Positions 39,492 to 48,993 of a stretch of 64,000 bases of DNA are shown here, one piece after another. Below the pieces are notes generated by a model. It saw only the letters and a list, made by a program, of their open reading frames with translations. It did no database searches and was not told the origin of the DNA. Each line of letters begins with the position of its first letter. Within the stretch, counting starts at the first letter, position 1. A program made the translations under genes and the position numbers. Origin of the DNA: Candidatus Latescibacterota bacterium (lineage in GTDB: Bacteria; Latescibacterota; UBA2968; GCA-2709665); contig OZ244744.1 in NCBI GenBank assembly GCA_965219455.1, positions 4,672,001 through 4,736,000 on the forward strand, in the 5' to 3' direction.

Positions 39492-40550
39492 ATGAGTCCG
39501 ACGAAAGTCGCCGTGATCGGGTGCGGCCAGATCGCGACCTCACAACATCTGCCGGCCTACAGGGAGGCAGCAGATGCCGGGGTCTGCTCGCTTGTGGGCG
39601 TATGCGATCTGGAGCCCAACCGGCTGTCACGGGCCCGCAGACAGTTTGAAGTCGCCGGATTTCAGGACGCGGAAGCGATGCTTGAAAAGACAAAGCCCGA
39701 CGTCGTAAGTATCGCCACGCTGCCCTCGAGTCATCGAGACCTCGCGGTGATGTGCCTGGAGGCGGGATGTCACGTCCTGTGCGAGAAGCCCGTGGCGATG
39801 GATGCGGGCGAGGCCCGGGACATGGTCCACGCCGCCGAAACAAACAACCGACTGCTGAGTATCTGCTTCGAATACCGGACCTGGGACGAGTCTCGGTACC
39901 TGAGAGACCGGATCGCAGACGGCGTCCTCGGTCACGTACACGCCGTTCGGACGTGGGGAGGGTGTGCCTACGGACTGCCGGCGATAGCGTACAGTTCACG
40001 CGGGTCAAACGGCGGCGGCGTTCTCGCACACTGGACGATCCACAATCTTGACCTCGTGCTCTGGCTGCTCGGCAACCCCGAACCGCTGACCGCCAGCGCA
40101 TTCTGCCATCAGCGGGTGTCCGAATACCCGCCGGCAGCCGGACCCCTGGCAGACGACGTCGATCCTACGTCGCTCGATCCGGATTTCGAAGACTTCGGCG
40201 CAGGCTTTATTCGGCTGTCCGGAAACACCATCCTGACCGTGGAAGGGAATTGTTTTCAGGGACCTTCTGACAGACGCGAGGGTTGGGCCTTTCTCGGAGA
40301 CCGGGGTAACGCGTCCATCTCACCACTCAGAATCTGGACCGACGACGGACGATCGTGGCGTGAGGAGACCCCTGCCTTGAAGCCTTGCGACTACGATATG
40401 AGGCAGCTGATCAATGAATTCCTGGGTGCCGTCCGTCAGGGTGAGGCGTCTCCCGTCTCGGGCGGGGAGATCGTTCGAATTCAGCGCCTCATGGACGCGC
40501 TCTACGCTTCGGCTTCATCCGGGCATGAAGTCGCTGTCGCAGGAGCCTGA
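39492..40550 (+). CDS. Gfo/Idh/MocA oxidoreductase
   Basis: VAVIGCGQIA, HVLCEKP, GGGVL..IHNLD. Confidence 0.93.
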   Translation: MSPTKVAVIGCGQIATSQHLPAYREAADAGVCSLVGVCDLEPNRLSRARRQFEVAGFQDAEAMLEKTKPDVVSIATLPSSHRDLAVMCLEAGCHVLCEKPVAMDAGEARDMVHAAETNNRLLSICFEYRTWDESRYLRDRIADGVLGHVHAVRTWGGCAYGLPAIAYSSRGSNGGGVLAHWTIHNLDLVLWLLGNPEPLTASAFCHQRVSEYPPAAGPLADDVDPTSLDPDFEDFGAGFIRLSGNTILTVEGNCFQGPSDRREGWAFLGDRGNASISPLRIWTDDGRSWREETPALKPCDYDMRQLINEFLGAVRQGEASPVSGGEIVRIQRLMDALYASASSGHEVAVAGA

Positions 40551-40571
40551 GACATCAGGAGAACACACACG

Positions 40572-41180
40572 ATGGGACTTGTCTACATCGAGTACATCAG
40601 TCGTCTGCCAGGCATCGATCTGGAGACGTTTCGTGCGCAGGCCGCACAGGGACAGGAGGGATGGGACAGCGGCTATGAGGACGAACTGGTCCTGTCCATC
40701 GGCCGCACGTGGCGATTGGGGCCCAGCCCGGGCTACATGACCGTCTGGCACACGCGGAACGCCGGCCTTGAGAGGATAGACGCCTGGGACCGGATCTTTC
40801 GCAGCGGCGAGGCGGACCACCTGGAACAGCCGTTCTTTCAGGTCGCGCAGATCGACGTCGCCGGGTGCTACGATCCGCTGCTCGAACCGGTCCCGGTCCG
40901 CAAAGGTACGTACTACGCCGAGTTTTTCGGTGCCCGCGGCACCACGGATACCGTCAGAAGCTTCTACCAGAGCCGTGCAAAACGGCATCCTGATTTCACG
41001 CTCAATCTCCTCGTACAGAGAATTGGGAAGCTGGCGCCCGAACCCGGCGGCCTGGCCGTCTGGACCATCCCCAATTTCGCAGCGCTGGATTCCATTGCAA
41101 CCGATCTGGACGAACCCAACACCCCGATCAGGCTCTCCGCCGCGGGGACCTATGTGGACTTCGGCAGTGAGATCCTTTGA
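40572..41180 (+). CDS. Hypothetical protein (possibly a duplicated dimeric alpha-beta barrel)
   Basis: AGGAG RBS; two similar halves (GRTWRLGPSPGYMTVW / RIGKLAPEPGGLAVW). Confidence 0.65.
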   Translation: MGLVYIEYISRLPGIDLETFRAQAAQGQEGWDSGYEDELVLSIGRTWRLGPSPGYMTVWHTRNAGLERIDAWDRIFRSGEADHLEQPFFQVAQIDVAGCYDPLLEPVPVRKGTYYAEFFGARGTTDTVRSFYQSRAKRHPDFTLNLLVQRIGKLAPEPGGLAVWTIPNFAALDSIATDLDEPNTPIRLSAAGTYVDFGSEIL

Positions 41181-41386
41181 GACAGCTTCTGAGGCGCGGC
41201 CCGCGGCAAGCCATTGTAAGGGAAAATTGGAATTAATCCGAAATTGCCGGAAGGTCTCTACGCGGCAACTCCATTTGGCCTCTTCAGGCGGAAAATAGAT
41301 TAGACGACTAAAGAGACCAACGCGTGTGTAGGAACAACATTGCCCTTCCCGGGCGCGGGCGACACCGAAACACAGGCTTATATACT

Positions 41387-42682
41387 ATGCTTTTCGCATT
41401 GATCCTCTGCGCTTTCCTGACATTTCATTTCCTCAGCTTTTCCATCGCGTTTGCGCAGAACGACCTCAGCGTGGAACAATATGAAGAGGACTTCGATTTT
41501 CTCTGGAAAACGTTCAGGACCGACTACGCCTATTTCGACGAAAAGCGGACGGATTGGAATCGAGTCAGGGAGATTTACAGGCCGAAAGTCCGGTCGATTT
41601 CGACTAAATCGGAATTTGTCGCATTGATGGAGGCGGTCCTGGAGGAATTGTACGACGACCACATTCATCTGAACACGCATACGGCATCATCTCCGAACAT
41701 CGTCCCGTCGCGGACCGACGTTCGGGCGGAATGGAAGGACGGGAAGGCGATCATAACGGGAGTTCGATCGGGCTTTCCCGCCGATTCCGCCGGTCTTTGT
41801 CCGGGGATGGAGATTCTTCGCTTTAATGGCATGCCGATCGAAGACGCCGTCCGAAAACGGATGGGCGGGTCCTTTGTCCAGGTCGACGAGGAGATAAAGA
41901 GTTGGACGCTTAGGAAAGTCCTGGCGGGATATCGGAATCAGATCAGGACAATCGAGGTCCGGGACGGAGGCGAGACCAGGCGGGTCTCCATTCCGCTTGA
42001 ACAGTTCGATATCGCATACAAATCAGAATACCGATCAAGACTCGATTTCCGGATTCTCGAACCCCGCATCGGCTACGTGATCATCAACGGCGCCCTGGGC
42101 GACCGTCGACTCCTGGAGCTCTTCGACGCCGCGCTGGAGGCGTTGCGCGACACCGGCGGATTGATCCTTGATCTGCGCAAAGTCGGCGGTGGCAACACGG
42201 GGGTCGTTGAGGGAATTATCGGACGCCTGATCGACCGGGAACGCGTCTACCTGCGAACCGTGCCTCGAAACGGCGTTCCGTTCCTGATCCGGGTCAAACC
42301 TGGAGGTGATTGGCAGTATAAACAGCCGGTTGTCATCCTGGTGAACCGCTGGACGGGAAGCGCGGGGGAGGGCCTGGCAATCAGCCTGGATCTCATCGAA
42401 CGAGCGAGGGTTGTCGGAACGAAGATGGCGGGACTGGAGGGTTCGGTCTACACGATGCGAATGCCCCATACGGGAATCGGATTTCAGTGTACCAAACAGA
42501 AGGTCTTCAACGGCACATTAAAGGGAGACCCCGCGGCGCGAAATTTTGTCGGATCGTCAAGAAGCGCGTATACGCCTTCCGTACTCGTCGAAACGATGAC
42601 GAAAACCTTGCACGAAGATGAGGATCCGATTCTTGAGAAGGGTCTGAAGGTTCTCGGCAAACTGATGATTCGAGCGAGATGA
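41387..42682 (+). CDS. S41-family peptidase with signal peptide and PDZ-like domain
   Basis: YAYFD, DDHIHL, LILDLR..GGG, TGSAGE, VVGTKMAG. Confidence 0.88.
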   Translation: MLFALILCAFLTFHFLSFSIAFAQNDLSVEQYEEDFDFLWKTFRTDYAYFDEKRTDWNRVREIYRPKVRSISTKSEFVALMEAVLEELYDDHIHLNTHTASSPNIVPSRTDVRAEWKDGKAIITGVRSGFPADSAGLCPGMEILRFNGMPIEDAVRKRMGGSFVQVDEEIKSWTLRKVLAGYRNQIRTIEVRDGGETRRVSIPLEQFDIAYKSEYRSRLDFRILEPRIGYVIINGALGDRRLLELFDAALEALRDTGGLILDLRKVGGGNTGVVEGIIGRLIDRERVYLRTVPRNGVPFLIRVKPGGDWQYKQPVVILVNRWTGSAGEGLAISLDLIERARVVGTKMAGLEGSVYTMRMPHTGIGFQCTKQKVFNGTLKGDPAARNFVGSSRSAYTPSVLVETMTKTLHEDEDPILEKGLKVLGKLMIRAR

Positions 42683-42916
42683 TTTATCATTCCCTGGTAC
42701 CATTGCATCTTTCATCGTCGACACCCTTCAAGACCATAGGCGTTCCCACGGAACCGTATGGTTCGGACATCGTCGGCCGGGCGACATTCCTGTAGATTTC
42801 AACTTCGGAACTATCGAAAACCTTGCTCCCGGAGAGCCAATAATCTATATTGGCGTTGTGTACTAAGTTGCGGTATACCACCAGGAAATATTGGAAGTCC
42901 CTGAAGGAGCGTAATT

Positions 42917-42979
42917 ATGTGGAAGGACCCTATCGTTGAGGAAATTCATGCAGTTCGACGACAGATCGCAAAAGAGTGC
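42917..42979 (+). pseudogene. Truncated small antitoxin-like gene
   Basis: AAGGAG RBS, MWKDPIVEEIHAVRRQIAKEC, cut where repeat R begins. Confidence 0.5.
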
Positions 42980-43067
42980 ATCCATCATCGTTCAGCGCTC
43001 CTTCGCCCTCTACATTGCTCTCTAATTATTATGGGGAAATTGTCTCATTAATATAGGCACAGAGGGG
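42977..43067 (-). repeat. Dispersed repeat family R
   Basis: Minus strand starts CCCCTCTGTGCCTATATTAATGAGACA, 27/27 identical to 61547-61573. Confidence 0.8.
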
Positions 43068-43308
43068 ACTACGCGAAAAAGAGAAAAGACATAAAGGAAG
43101 GCTTATCTTTTCGATGCCGGAGAAAAGGTCCGAGACGCAGGCTGACGGCTGACGGTTTGACTGCGTTGCCGAGGAATGGCGCCTCAACGCAGGTCGAGCA
43201 GATCGACCTTGCAGCCATCAGTTTTCGCGGCTATATTGTAAAGAGAGTTCTGCGGAATGTGAGATGAGCTTGGTGCCTGGTAAGCAATCCGAAGGGTGCG
43301 AGAGTCTT

Positions 43309-43715
43309 ATGACGAAGGTTGAGGCGTCAACGCAGGATGAACCGCGGGCCGAGTATAATTTGAAAAGCCTGCGGGTGAGGAAGGTTGGTTCTGGGCGAAA
43401 GAGCTTTGGCAGGCACGTCGTCCAGCTGTGTTCTGTCCCGGAAATAGATCGCCGAAATTCGGCCGCCGAATCGCCCGGCTCACAAGGCGCCTGAGCGAGG
43501 CGACCTGCGAAAGGTCGGCGACTGAAGGGAACGCAGCGAGACGCGATGAATCGACGGAAGAATGGTGACATATTTCTGGGACAGGGCAACAAAAGCCTGA
43601 CGTTGCAGAGGTTTTTCCAGATGCTGATTCTGTGAACCAGGCAGCATTGCGATTCCTGATACGTGTGACCAGAGAAAACAAGCCGGCGCTTTCTGAAGAT
43701 GTTGGTGATGACTGA
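43309..43715 (+). pseudogene. BrnA-like antitoxin gene interrupted by a MITE
   Basis: DEPRAEYNLKSL..HVVQL [MITE] PDVAEVFPDADSVNQAALRFLI. Confidence 0.7.
43427..43590. mobile_element. IS630-like MITE (164 bp), copy 3
   Basis: GTGTTCTGTCCCGGAAATA / TATTTCTGGGACAGGGCA; colinear with 28061-28225. Confidence 0.75.
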
Positions 43716-43976
43716 CACCTGACGTGAAAGGCCCAGACGCTTTACTCGGTTAAATACAATCGAATTTGCTATGTATGCAAATCCCCGTTGGTGCGGTTGG
43801 CTGGCGGGGATTGTATTCAATGAGCGGATGTGTTTTTCAGGGTCACCAGGACGGATCACGATTCGCCGGCGCGGACTGTGAGATCTACGATTCTTTTCAC
43901 GATCTGGTCAACGCGCTTCTATTGGATGGAACTGCTGGCAGATAGACGTATACAACGTATACAGTAAGGAGACAAG

Positions 43977-44888
43977 ATGAAGACCTTTCCGTTGCAGTAC
44001 ACGACGGCCAGCGCCGCGGGACAGATGTCTTTCCACCTTCCCAAGGCCGTGCAGTACGAGGGGAATCCGGTACTCGCGGCCACGGACAACCAGGAGTTCG
44101 CGGGTCAGGACGCGACGTACATCTCGGTGATCCCGACAGCGGGCGTGCTGCCGGACCCTATCGATGCGTACTATGCTTACGTGGCGACGCACGACGGGTC
44201 GGAAATCTGGCTTGCGACGGCCGGGCACCCGCTGGGGCCGTGGACGTGGCGGCAGGCTGTTCTGGAACTCGCGGCGACGTCGTTCACGAAGCACATCTCC
44301 TCTCCGTCGGCCGTAATGCATAACGGGGAGGTCTACATGTATTTCCACGGTGTCCACCCCGCCGGCAGGCAGCCGACGGCGCTGGCGACGTCGAGTGACG
44401 GCATCCATTTCGAGCAGAAGGTGTTCCCCATAATGACAACGCATCCGAACCGAAAGAACCACTGGTACGGCCAGAGCGTGAGCTATGTGCGGGTGGTCAA
44501 GGACGGCCCGATGTTCATCGGGACGTTTCAGGGGAACGGCCTCGGGTGGAACGCGCAGGCGAACGGCGTGACGACCGTGGCCGGTCTGGCGATGAGCGAG
44601 GACGGGATCCACTGGCGGCTGTCGAAAAAACCGTTGCTCGGAAATATGCCGGGCAGCCGGGGGCCGTTCGCGTCGATCCTCGTCCGTCTGTGGGACCGCT
44701 GGATGATGCTGTTCAACGATGACCGCGGGCTTTCCGGGGCGCTCTCGGAGGGATCGGACGTGACGGGCCCGTACGAGGACATGGGTTGTGTGCTGGAGTC
44801 CGGACACTGGCCCTTTCCGGTATTTCACGAGGACAAGCTCTATCTTCTGTGCGGCGGAATCAACGCCGCAGTGATCGATTGGAAATAG
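43977..44888 (+). CDS. Five-bladed beta-propeller glycoside hydrolase-like protein
   Basis: YEGNPVL, HISSPSAV...VYMYFHG, LATSSDGIHF, LAMSEDGIHW. Confidence 0.7.
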   Translation: MKTFPLQYTTASAAGQMSFHLPKAVQYEGNPVLAATDNQEFAGQDATYISVIPTAGVLPDPIDAYYAYVATHDGSEIWLATAGHPLGPWTWRQAVLELAATSFTKHISSPSAVMHNGEVYMYFHGVHPAGRQPTALATSSDGIHFEQKVFPIMTTHPNRKNHWYGQSVSYVRVVKDGPMFIGTFQGNGLGWNAQANGVTTVAGLAMSEDGIHWRLSKKPLLGNMPGSRGPFASILVRLWDRWMMLFNDDRGLSGALSEGSDVTGPYEDMGCVLESGHWPFPVFHEDKLYLLCGGINAAVIDWK

Positions 44889-44944
44889 ACAACGTGCGTC
44901 AGGACTGATTTGAATCGAACGATTGGATGCCGGGGGAAAGAAAC

Positions 44945-45604
44945 ATGAACCGAAGGTTGTTGCGAACGACGTATCACGCAGAGGTCGAAGAGGTCAACTT
45001 CACGCACGGTCTGCCGACGTGGATGACGGAATCGCCGACCGGGTCGTCTACGGCCTCGACGCATGACTATACCGATCCGTACGGAAGCCATTACGCGATG
45101 ATCGCCAGGGGAAAAGCCGGCGAGGGCGTGGCGCTGGCGGGGTCTCCGCTGAGCACGTCCGTCGTGAAGGTCCTGGAACTTGAGGCGATCGGGGTGACCG
45201 TGGACGGACCGGCGGGGTTGAGCCTGGGGCTTGTATCGCCGAATGATGGCGTCGCCGGGATTCAGCTGGAAGCGGTTCCCATCGATGCCGGCGTGGCACA
45301 GGCAGGCCGCGTGCGGCTACTGCTGCGGGACGGGTCTTCGGAAGGGAAGAGGACGCTCTTCGCCGAGGGTAACGACGGACAGATCCTCGACGGCGGGACT
45401 GTGATCGATGACATTGACCTGGGGGTTATCGTCAATACAGAAACGAAGTCAGCCCAGGCGCACCTGGGATATTCATACGTCTCCTGCGGTCCCGACGGCT
45501 TTCCGGCCGGGCAGGTGCTGGCTCCTGGGATCAGGACGGCCCTGGTCGCGGATGGGGAGGCGTCGGCGAAGGTGCGCCGGGTGACAATTGGGATATATAC
45601 GTGA
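44945..45604 (+). CDS. Hypothetical protein (beta-rich)
   Basis: 219-aa ORF with high GC3 codon usage, following the propeller gene. Confidence 0.6.
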   Translation: MNRRLLRTTYHAEVEEVNFTHGLPTWMTESPTGSSTASTHDYTDPYGSHYAMIARGKAGEGVALAGSPLSTSVVKVLELEAIGVTVDGPAGLSLGLVSPNDGVAGIQLEAVPIDAGVAQAGRVRLLLRDGSSEGKRTLFAEGNDGQILDGGTVIDDIDLGVIVNTETKSAQAHLGYSYVSCGPDGFPAGQVLAPGIRTALVADGEASAKVRRVTIGIYT

Positions 45605-45688
45605 ATAAATCAGGAGTGAACGGTGATTGCACTTGGACATTGCAGCAAACCCGCGGCATACCGACGAGCCAAAGTTGAATTCAAACGC

Positions 45689-46039
45689 CTACAAGCCGAG
45701 ACTATACCTGACGACGTCTTCCACTTTATTCAGGGTTGCTCCGGAAACTCGCCCAGCTGCATCATCGGGAAAACGTCTTGAATCCAATGATCGCACTTGA
45801 AAACCCAGGAAAACTGTTTCCATATCCAGGCCCGTTTCTGCTGGCCTCAGCCGGATGTTTGTGGGATAATCTTGAGTAATGTTGGTGCCCCTTGTACCAA
45901 CAACAACGGTCACCACAAGTGGCAATCGATTTATTGCATCTATAGACAGAACCAGTACCGGACGGCGACCCGACTGCTCTCGCCCCGTCACCGGATTAAG
46001 GTTGACGAAGTATATTTCACTTCGTTCAATGGCCATCAA
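45689..46039 (-). CDS. mazF: PemK/MazF toxin
   Basis: IYFVNLNPVTGREQSGRRPVLVLS, QVRSLDSRR. Confidence 0.9.
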   Translation of the reverse strand: MMAIERSEIYFVNLNPVTGREQSGRRPVLVLSIDAINRLPLVVTVVVGTRGTNITQDYPTNIRLRPAETGLDMETVFLGFQVRSLDSRRFPDDAAGRVSGATLNKVEDVVRYSLGL

Positions 46040-46275
46040 TCATCCAACCCATTGCCCTCTGTCGGGGAGAATTCGTTCTCGATTTCCCGGAGTTCCTTTT
46101 GAATTTCAGGATCGGCGGCCATTTTACTCAATTGAGCATCTATGTCAGTATTCGAAATCACATCAGCTCGAATTCGGTGACTCACTCTTTCAATCAGTTG
46201 CAGTTGCTCATCCGGAGTCAGACGACTGATCTTTTCTTCGAGGTCATTTACGATAGATGTTTCAGCCATCGCCAT
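46036..46275 (-). CDS. Putative antitoxin
   Basis: Acidic 79-aa protein (MAADPEIQKELREIENEF) overlapping the mazF start by 4 nt. Confidence 0.7.
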   Translation of the reverse strand: MAMAETSIVNDLEEKISRLTPDEQLQLIERVSHRIRADVISNTDIDAQLSKMAADPEIQKELREIENEFSPTEGNGLDD

Positions 46276-46498
46276 TCTCCTTGTCTATTCGTTCATTTTG
46301 GCACACTCAAAATAACGACAAAGACCCGTTCCAAGTCAAGAATATACCAGCCAGCGGCATTTCTGGGATCTTCGAACTTCCTGGATCGAAGTTAGAGTCT
46401 TACGTTAAGACTTCTACGCAAGACGCATTCATGTTTTTTCAGGCAGCTCGCATAAGGTAAGGCGTTGAAATCCCCCCACCGCATCAGCCGTCGCCGGG

Positions 46499-46580
46499 CC
46501 CTTCGACAGGCTCAGGACAGCGCCCTCGACAAGCTCAGGGAACCGGCTCGGCTTCTGCGACTCCCCCTCAAGGGGGGAGT
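46499..46580 (+). repeat. Cluster of REP-like palindromes
   Basis: CCCTTCGACAGGCTCAGG, CCCTCGACAAGCTCAGGG, ACTCCCCCTCAAGGGGGGAGT; the first motif recurs inverted near 63479. Confidence 0.65.
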
Positions 46581-46834
46581 AACGGCACCGTCAATCGGGC
46601 TCGTGCGTTCATTTCCACCTGTCTGGTTGCGGCTGAAAAACGCGAAGCCGCGTTAAGCAGGATCAATTGTGCATAGTATTCTCATCTCACCTGTTACTTG
46701 CATTCAGGCGTTCTTTTCTCTCGATTTACTAATTCCGATACTTTTCGGTTCATTCGAGCCTGATCCTTCCACGGGGGATAGAAGAGGAATGCCGAGCAAT
46801 CGTCACCGTCCTCGACCTTCATCGAGGCCAACAG

Positions 46835-47728
46835 ATGACGGATAGGTCCCGGGCGCTTGTGGAGGTGCATGTTGCGACCCTCCTGTATGGATTCATCGCG
46901 CCCTTCGGAAAGGCGGTCGACCTCGACCCATATCAGATCGTCTTCTGGAGGACGTCTCTGGCAGCGATCGTCATTTTCGCAGTCGCCAGGCGGCTGAAGA
47001 GCCACACGCCGGTCAGGAGTTGGAGCGATCTTGGTACCTTTGCGGCCATCGCAGGCCTGCTGTCCGTCCATTGGGTACTCTTCTTTCAGTCGATCAAAGT
47101 CTCGACGGTCGCAATCGGTCTGGTGACGACGTATACATACCCTGTGCTCATGGTGTTCCTGGAGAGCCTTTTCTTCAACATCAGGCTCCGAACCATCGAC
47201 TTCGCCAGTGCGGTCGCGGTATTGATCGGGGTCTACTGCCTGGCGCCGGGTTTCGATCTGTCCGATGGGAATTTTCAGGGGGTTATCTACGGCATGGCCT
47301 CCGGCGCGATGCTCCCATTCTTCATCCTGTTACGCAAAAAACGGATTATCCACAGATACAATAGCTGGGACATATCGGCGTACGAGATGGGCATCGCCGG
47401 CCTGCTGCTTCTGCCATTCATGCTTTACGATACAACCCTTTTCGAAATTCCGGGTACGAGGGATCTCCTGCTCGTGGTGGTGCTGGGGGTGGTGCTGACC
47501 GGATTTGCACGAATTCTCTTCGTCAACAGCCAGAGACACCTTTCCGGGAAGGTTGTCGGGGTCACCCTGGCGCTGGAGACAGTTTACGGTGTAATCATTG
47601 CAGTGATCTTCCTGGCAGCCATACCGTCGGGGAGAGAAATCATCGGCGGTCTGATTATCCTGTCCGCGGCCGTGTTCGAGAGTCTGAGAGCGCCGGGAGA
47701 TGACACTGTCGATAAGGACAATCAGTGA
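46835..47728 (+). CDS. EamA/DMT family transporter
   Basis: About 10 TM segments; HWVLFFQSIKVSTVAIG, LETVYG. Confidence 0.88.
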   Translation: MTDRSRALVEVHVATLLYGFIAPFGKAVDLDPYQIVFWRTSLAAIVIFAVARRLKSHTPVRSWSDLGTFAAIAGLLSVHWVLFFQSIKVSTVAIGLVTTYTYPVLMVFLESLFFNIRLRTIDFASAVAVLIGVYCLAPGFDLSDGNFQGVIYGMASGAMLPFFILLRKKRIIHRYNSWDISAYEMGIAGLLLLPFMLYDTTLFEIPGTRDLLLVVVLGVVLTGFARILFVNSQRHLSGKVVGVTLALETVYGVIIAVIFLAAIPSGREIIGGLIILSAAVFESLRAPGDDTVDKDNQ

Positions 47729-47847
47729 GTCGGGATAGCGGCCGCATAAGGAATCAGAGGACTGTGCCCTACCCGAAGCAGCAGGCGGTGAATGAAGAAG
47801 AGGATGTCATCAGACAATTGGTTTCAGCCGTTCGGGAGAGTAAAAAT

Positions 47848-48918
47848 ATGAAACTCGGAAAGTTCATGATGCCACTGCATCCGCCGCAAAAGAATCGCAC
47901 ACAGACGTTCGAAGAGGACATCGAGTGCGTGCTGTGGGCCGAAGAGCTTGGATTCACCGAGGTCTGGATCGGCCAGCACCATACCGCAATGTGGGAGCCC
48001 ATTCCCGCCAACGACCTGTTCATCGCCCACGTCCTGCCGCAGACGGAGCGGATCCGCCTGGGCACGGGGGTCACCATTATGACGCAGCATCATCCGGCGA
48101 ACGTGGCGGTCCGCCTCGCCTATCTCGATCATCTGTCCCGAGGGCGGATCAACGTCGGCTTCGGGCAGGGCGGAGTACCGACCGACTGGCCGCTGTTCGA
48201 TCTGCCTGATCCGCGCACCCAGGGGCTGATGAACCTCGAGGCGATGGACGTCGTCCTGAAACTGTGGACCGAAGACGGCCCGTTCGAGTTCAAGGGGGAT
48301 TTCTGGAACGTCGCGATGGCGGAGAAAGTCCCGGAGCTGGGATTGGGGGAGGTGTTGAAGCCGTATCAGAAGCCCCATCCACCAATCGCCATGAGCATCG
48401 TCAAGGAAGAATCGATGGCGGCCACGACAGCCGGTAAGCGCGGATTCCTGCCGATCAGCATCAATATGGCGCCGGCGCACAAGGTGAAACGGCATTGGGA
48501 GATGTACTGCCAGGGGGCCGCGGAAGGGGGGCGGGACGAACCGGACCGGGGCGACTGGAGAATATCACGCAGCATCTACGTCGGCGAGACCGATGCCCAG
48601 GCTCGCGAGCACGCCCTCGGCGGCGCCTTCGCCGACTCGCTGGTGTACCTTCGCGGCATGCTCGAAATCGCCAATATGCTGGATCTGCCGAAGATGAATC
48701 GGGAGATGTCCGATGCGGACGTTACGCGCGAATACATCATCGATGAGATTGCCATCGTCGGCAGTCCCGATACGGTAACCAGACGCCTGCAGGAGCTGTG
48801 CGACGTCACCGGCGGTTTCGGCACGGTGCTGATGATCGGCCACGACTGGGACGACAAGGCGAAGATGAAGCGCTCGATGTCGTTGATGGCGAACGAAGTC
48901 ATACCACGTCTTCCATAA
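47848..48918 (+). CDS. LLM-class flavin-dependent oxidoreductase
   Basis: AEELGFTEVWIGQHH, RIRLGTGV, LDHLSRGR, PYQKPHPPI, IVGSPDTV. Confidence 0.93.
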   Translation: MKLGKFMMPLHPPQKNRTQTFEEDIECVLWAEELGFTEVWIGQHHTAMWEPIPANDLFIAHVLPQTERIRLGTGVTIMTQHHPANVAVRLAYLDHLSRGRINVGFGQGGVPTDWPLFDLPDPRTQGLMNLEAMDVVLKLWTEDGPFEFKGDFWNVAMAEKVPELGLGEVLKPYQKPHPPIAMSIVKEESMAATTAGKRGFLPISINMAPAHKVKRHWEMYCQGAAEGGRDEPDRGDWRISRSIYVGETDAQAREHALGGAFADSLVYLRGMLEIANMLDLPKMNREMSDADVTREYIIDEIAIVGSPDTVTRRLQELCDVTGGFGTVLMIGHDWDDKAKMKRSMSLMANEVIPRLP

Positions 48919-48993
48919 GGGGCTTTACCTGCTCCGGGCGGCGGCGGTCGCCGCGCCCGGTACCCCCTTTACTTACACGTCAGGAGAGATCCC

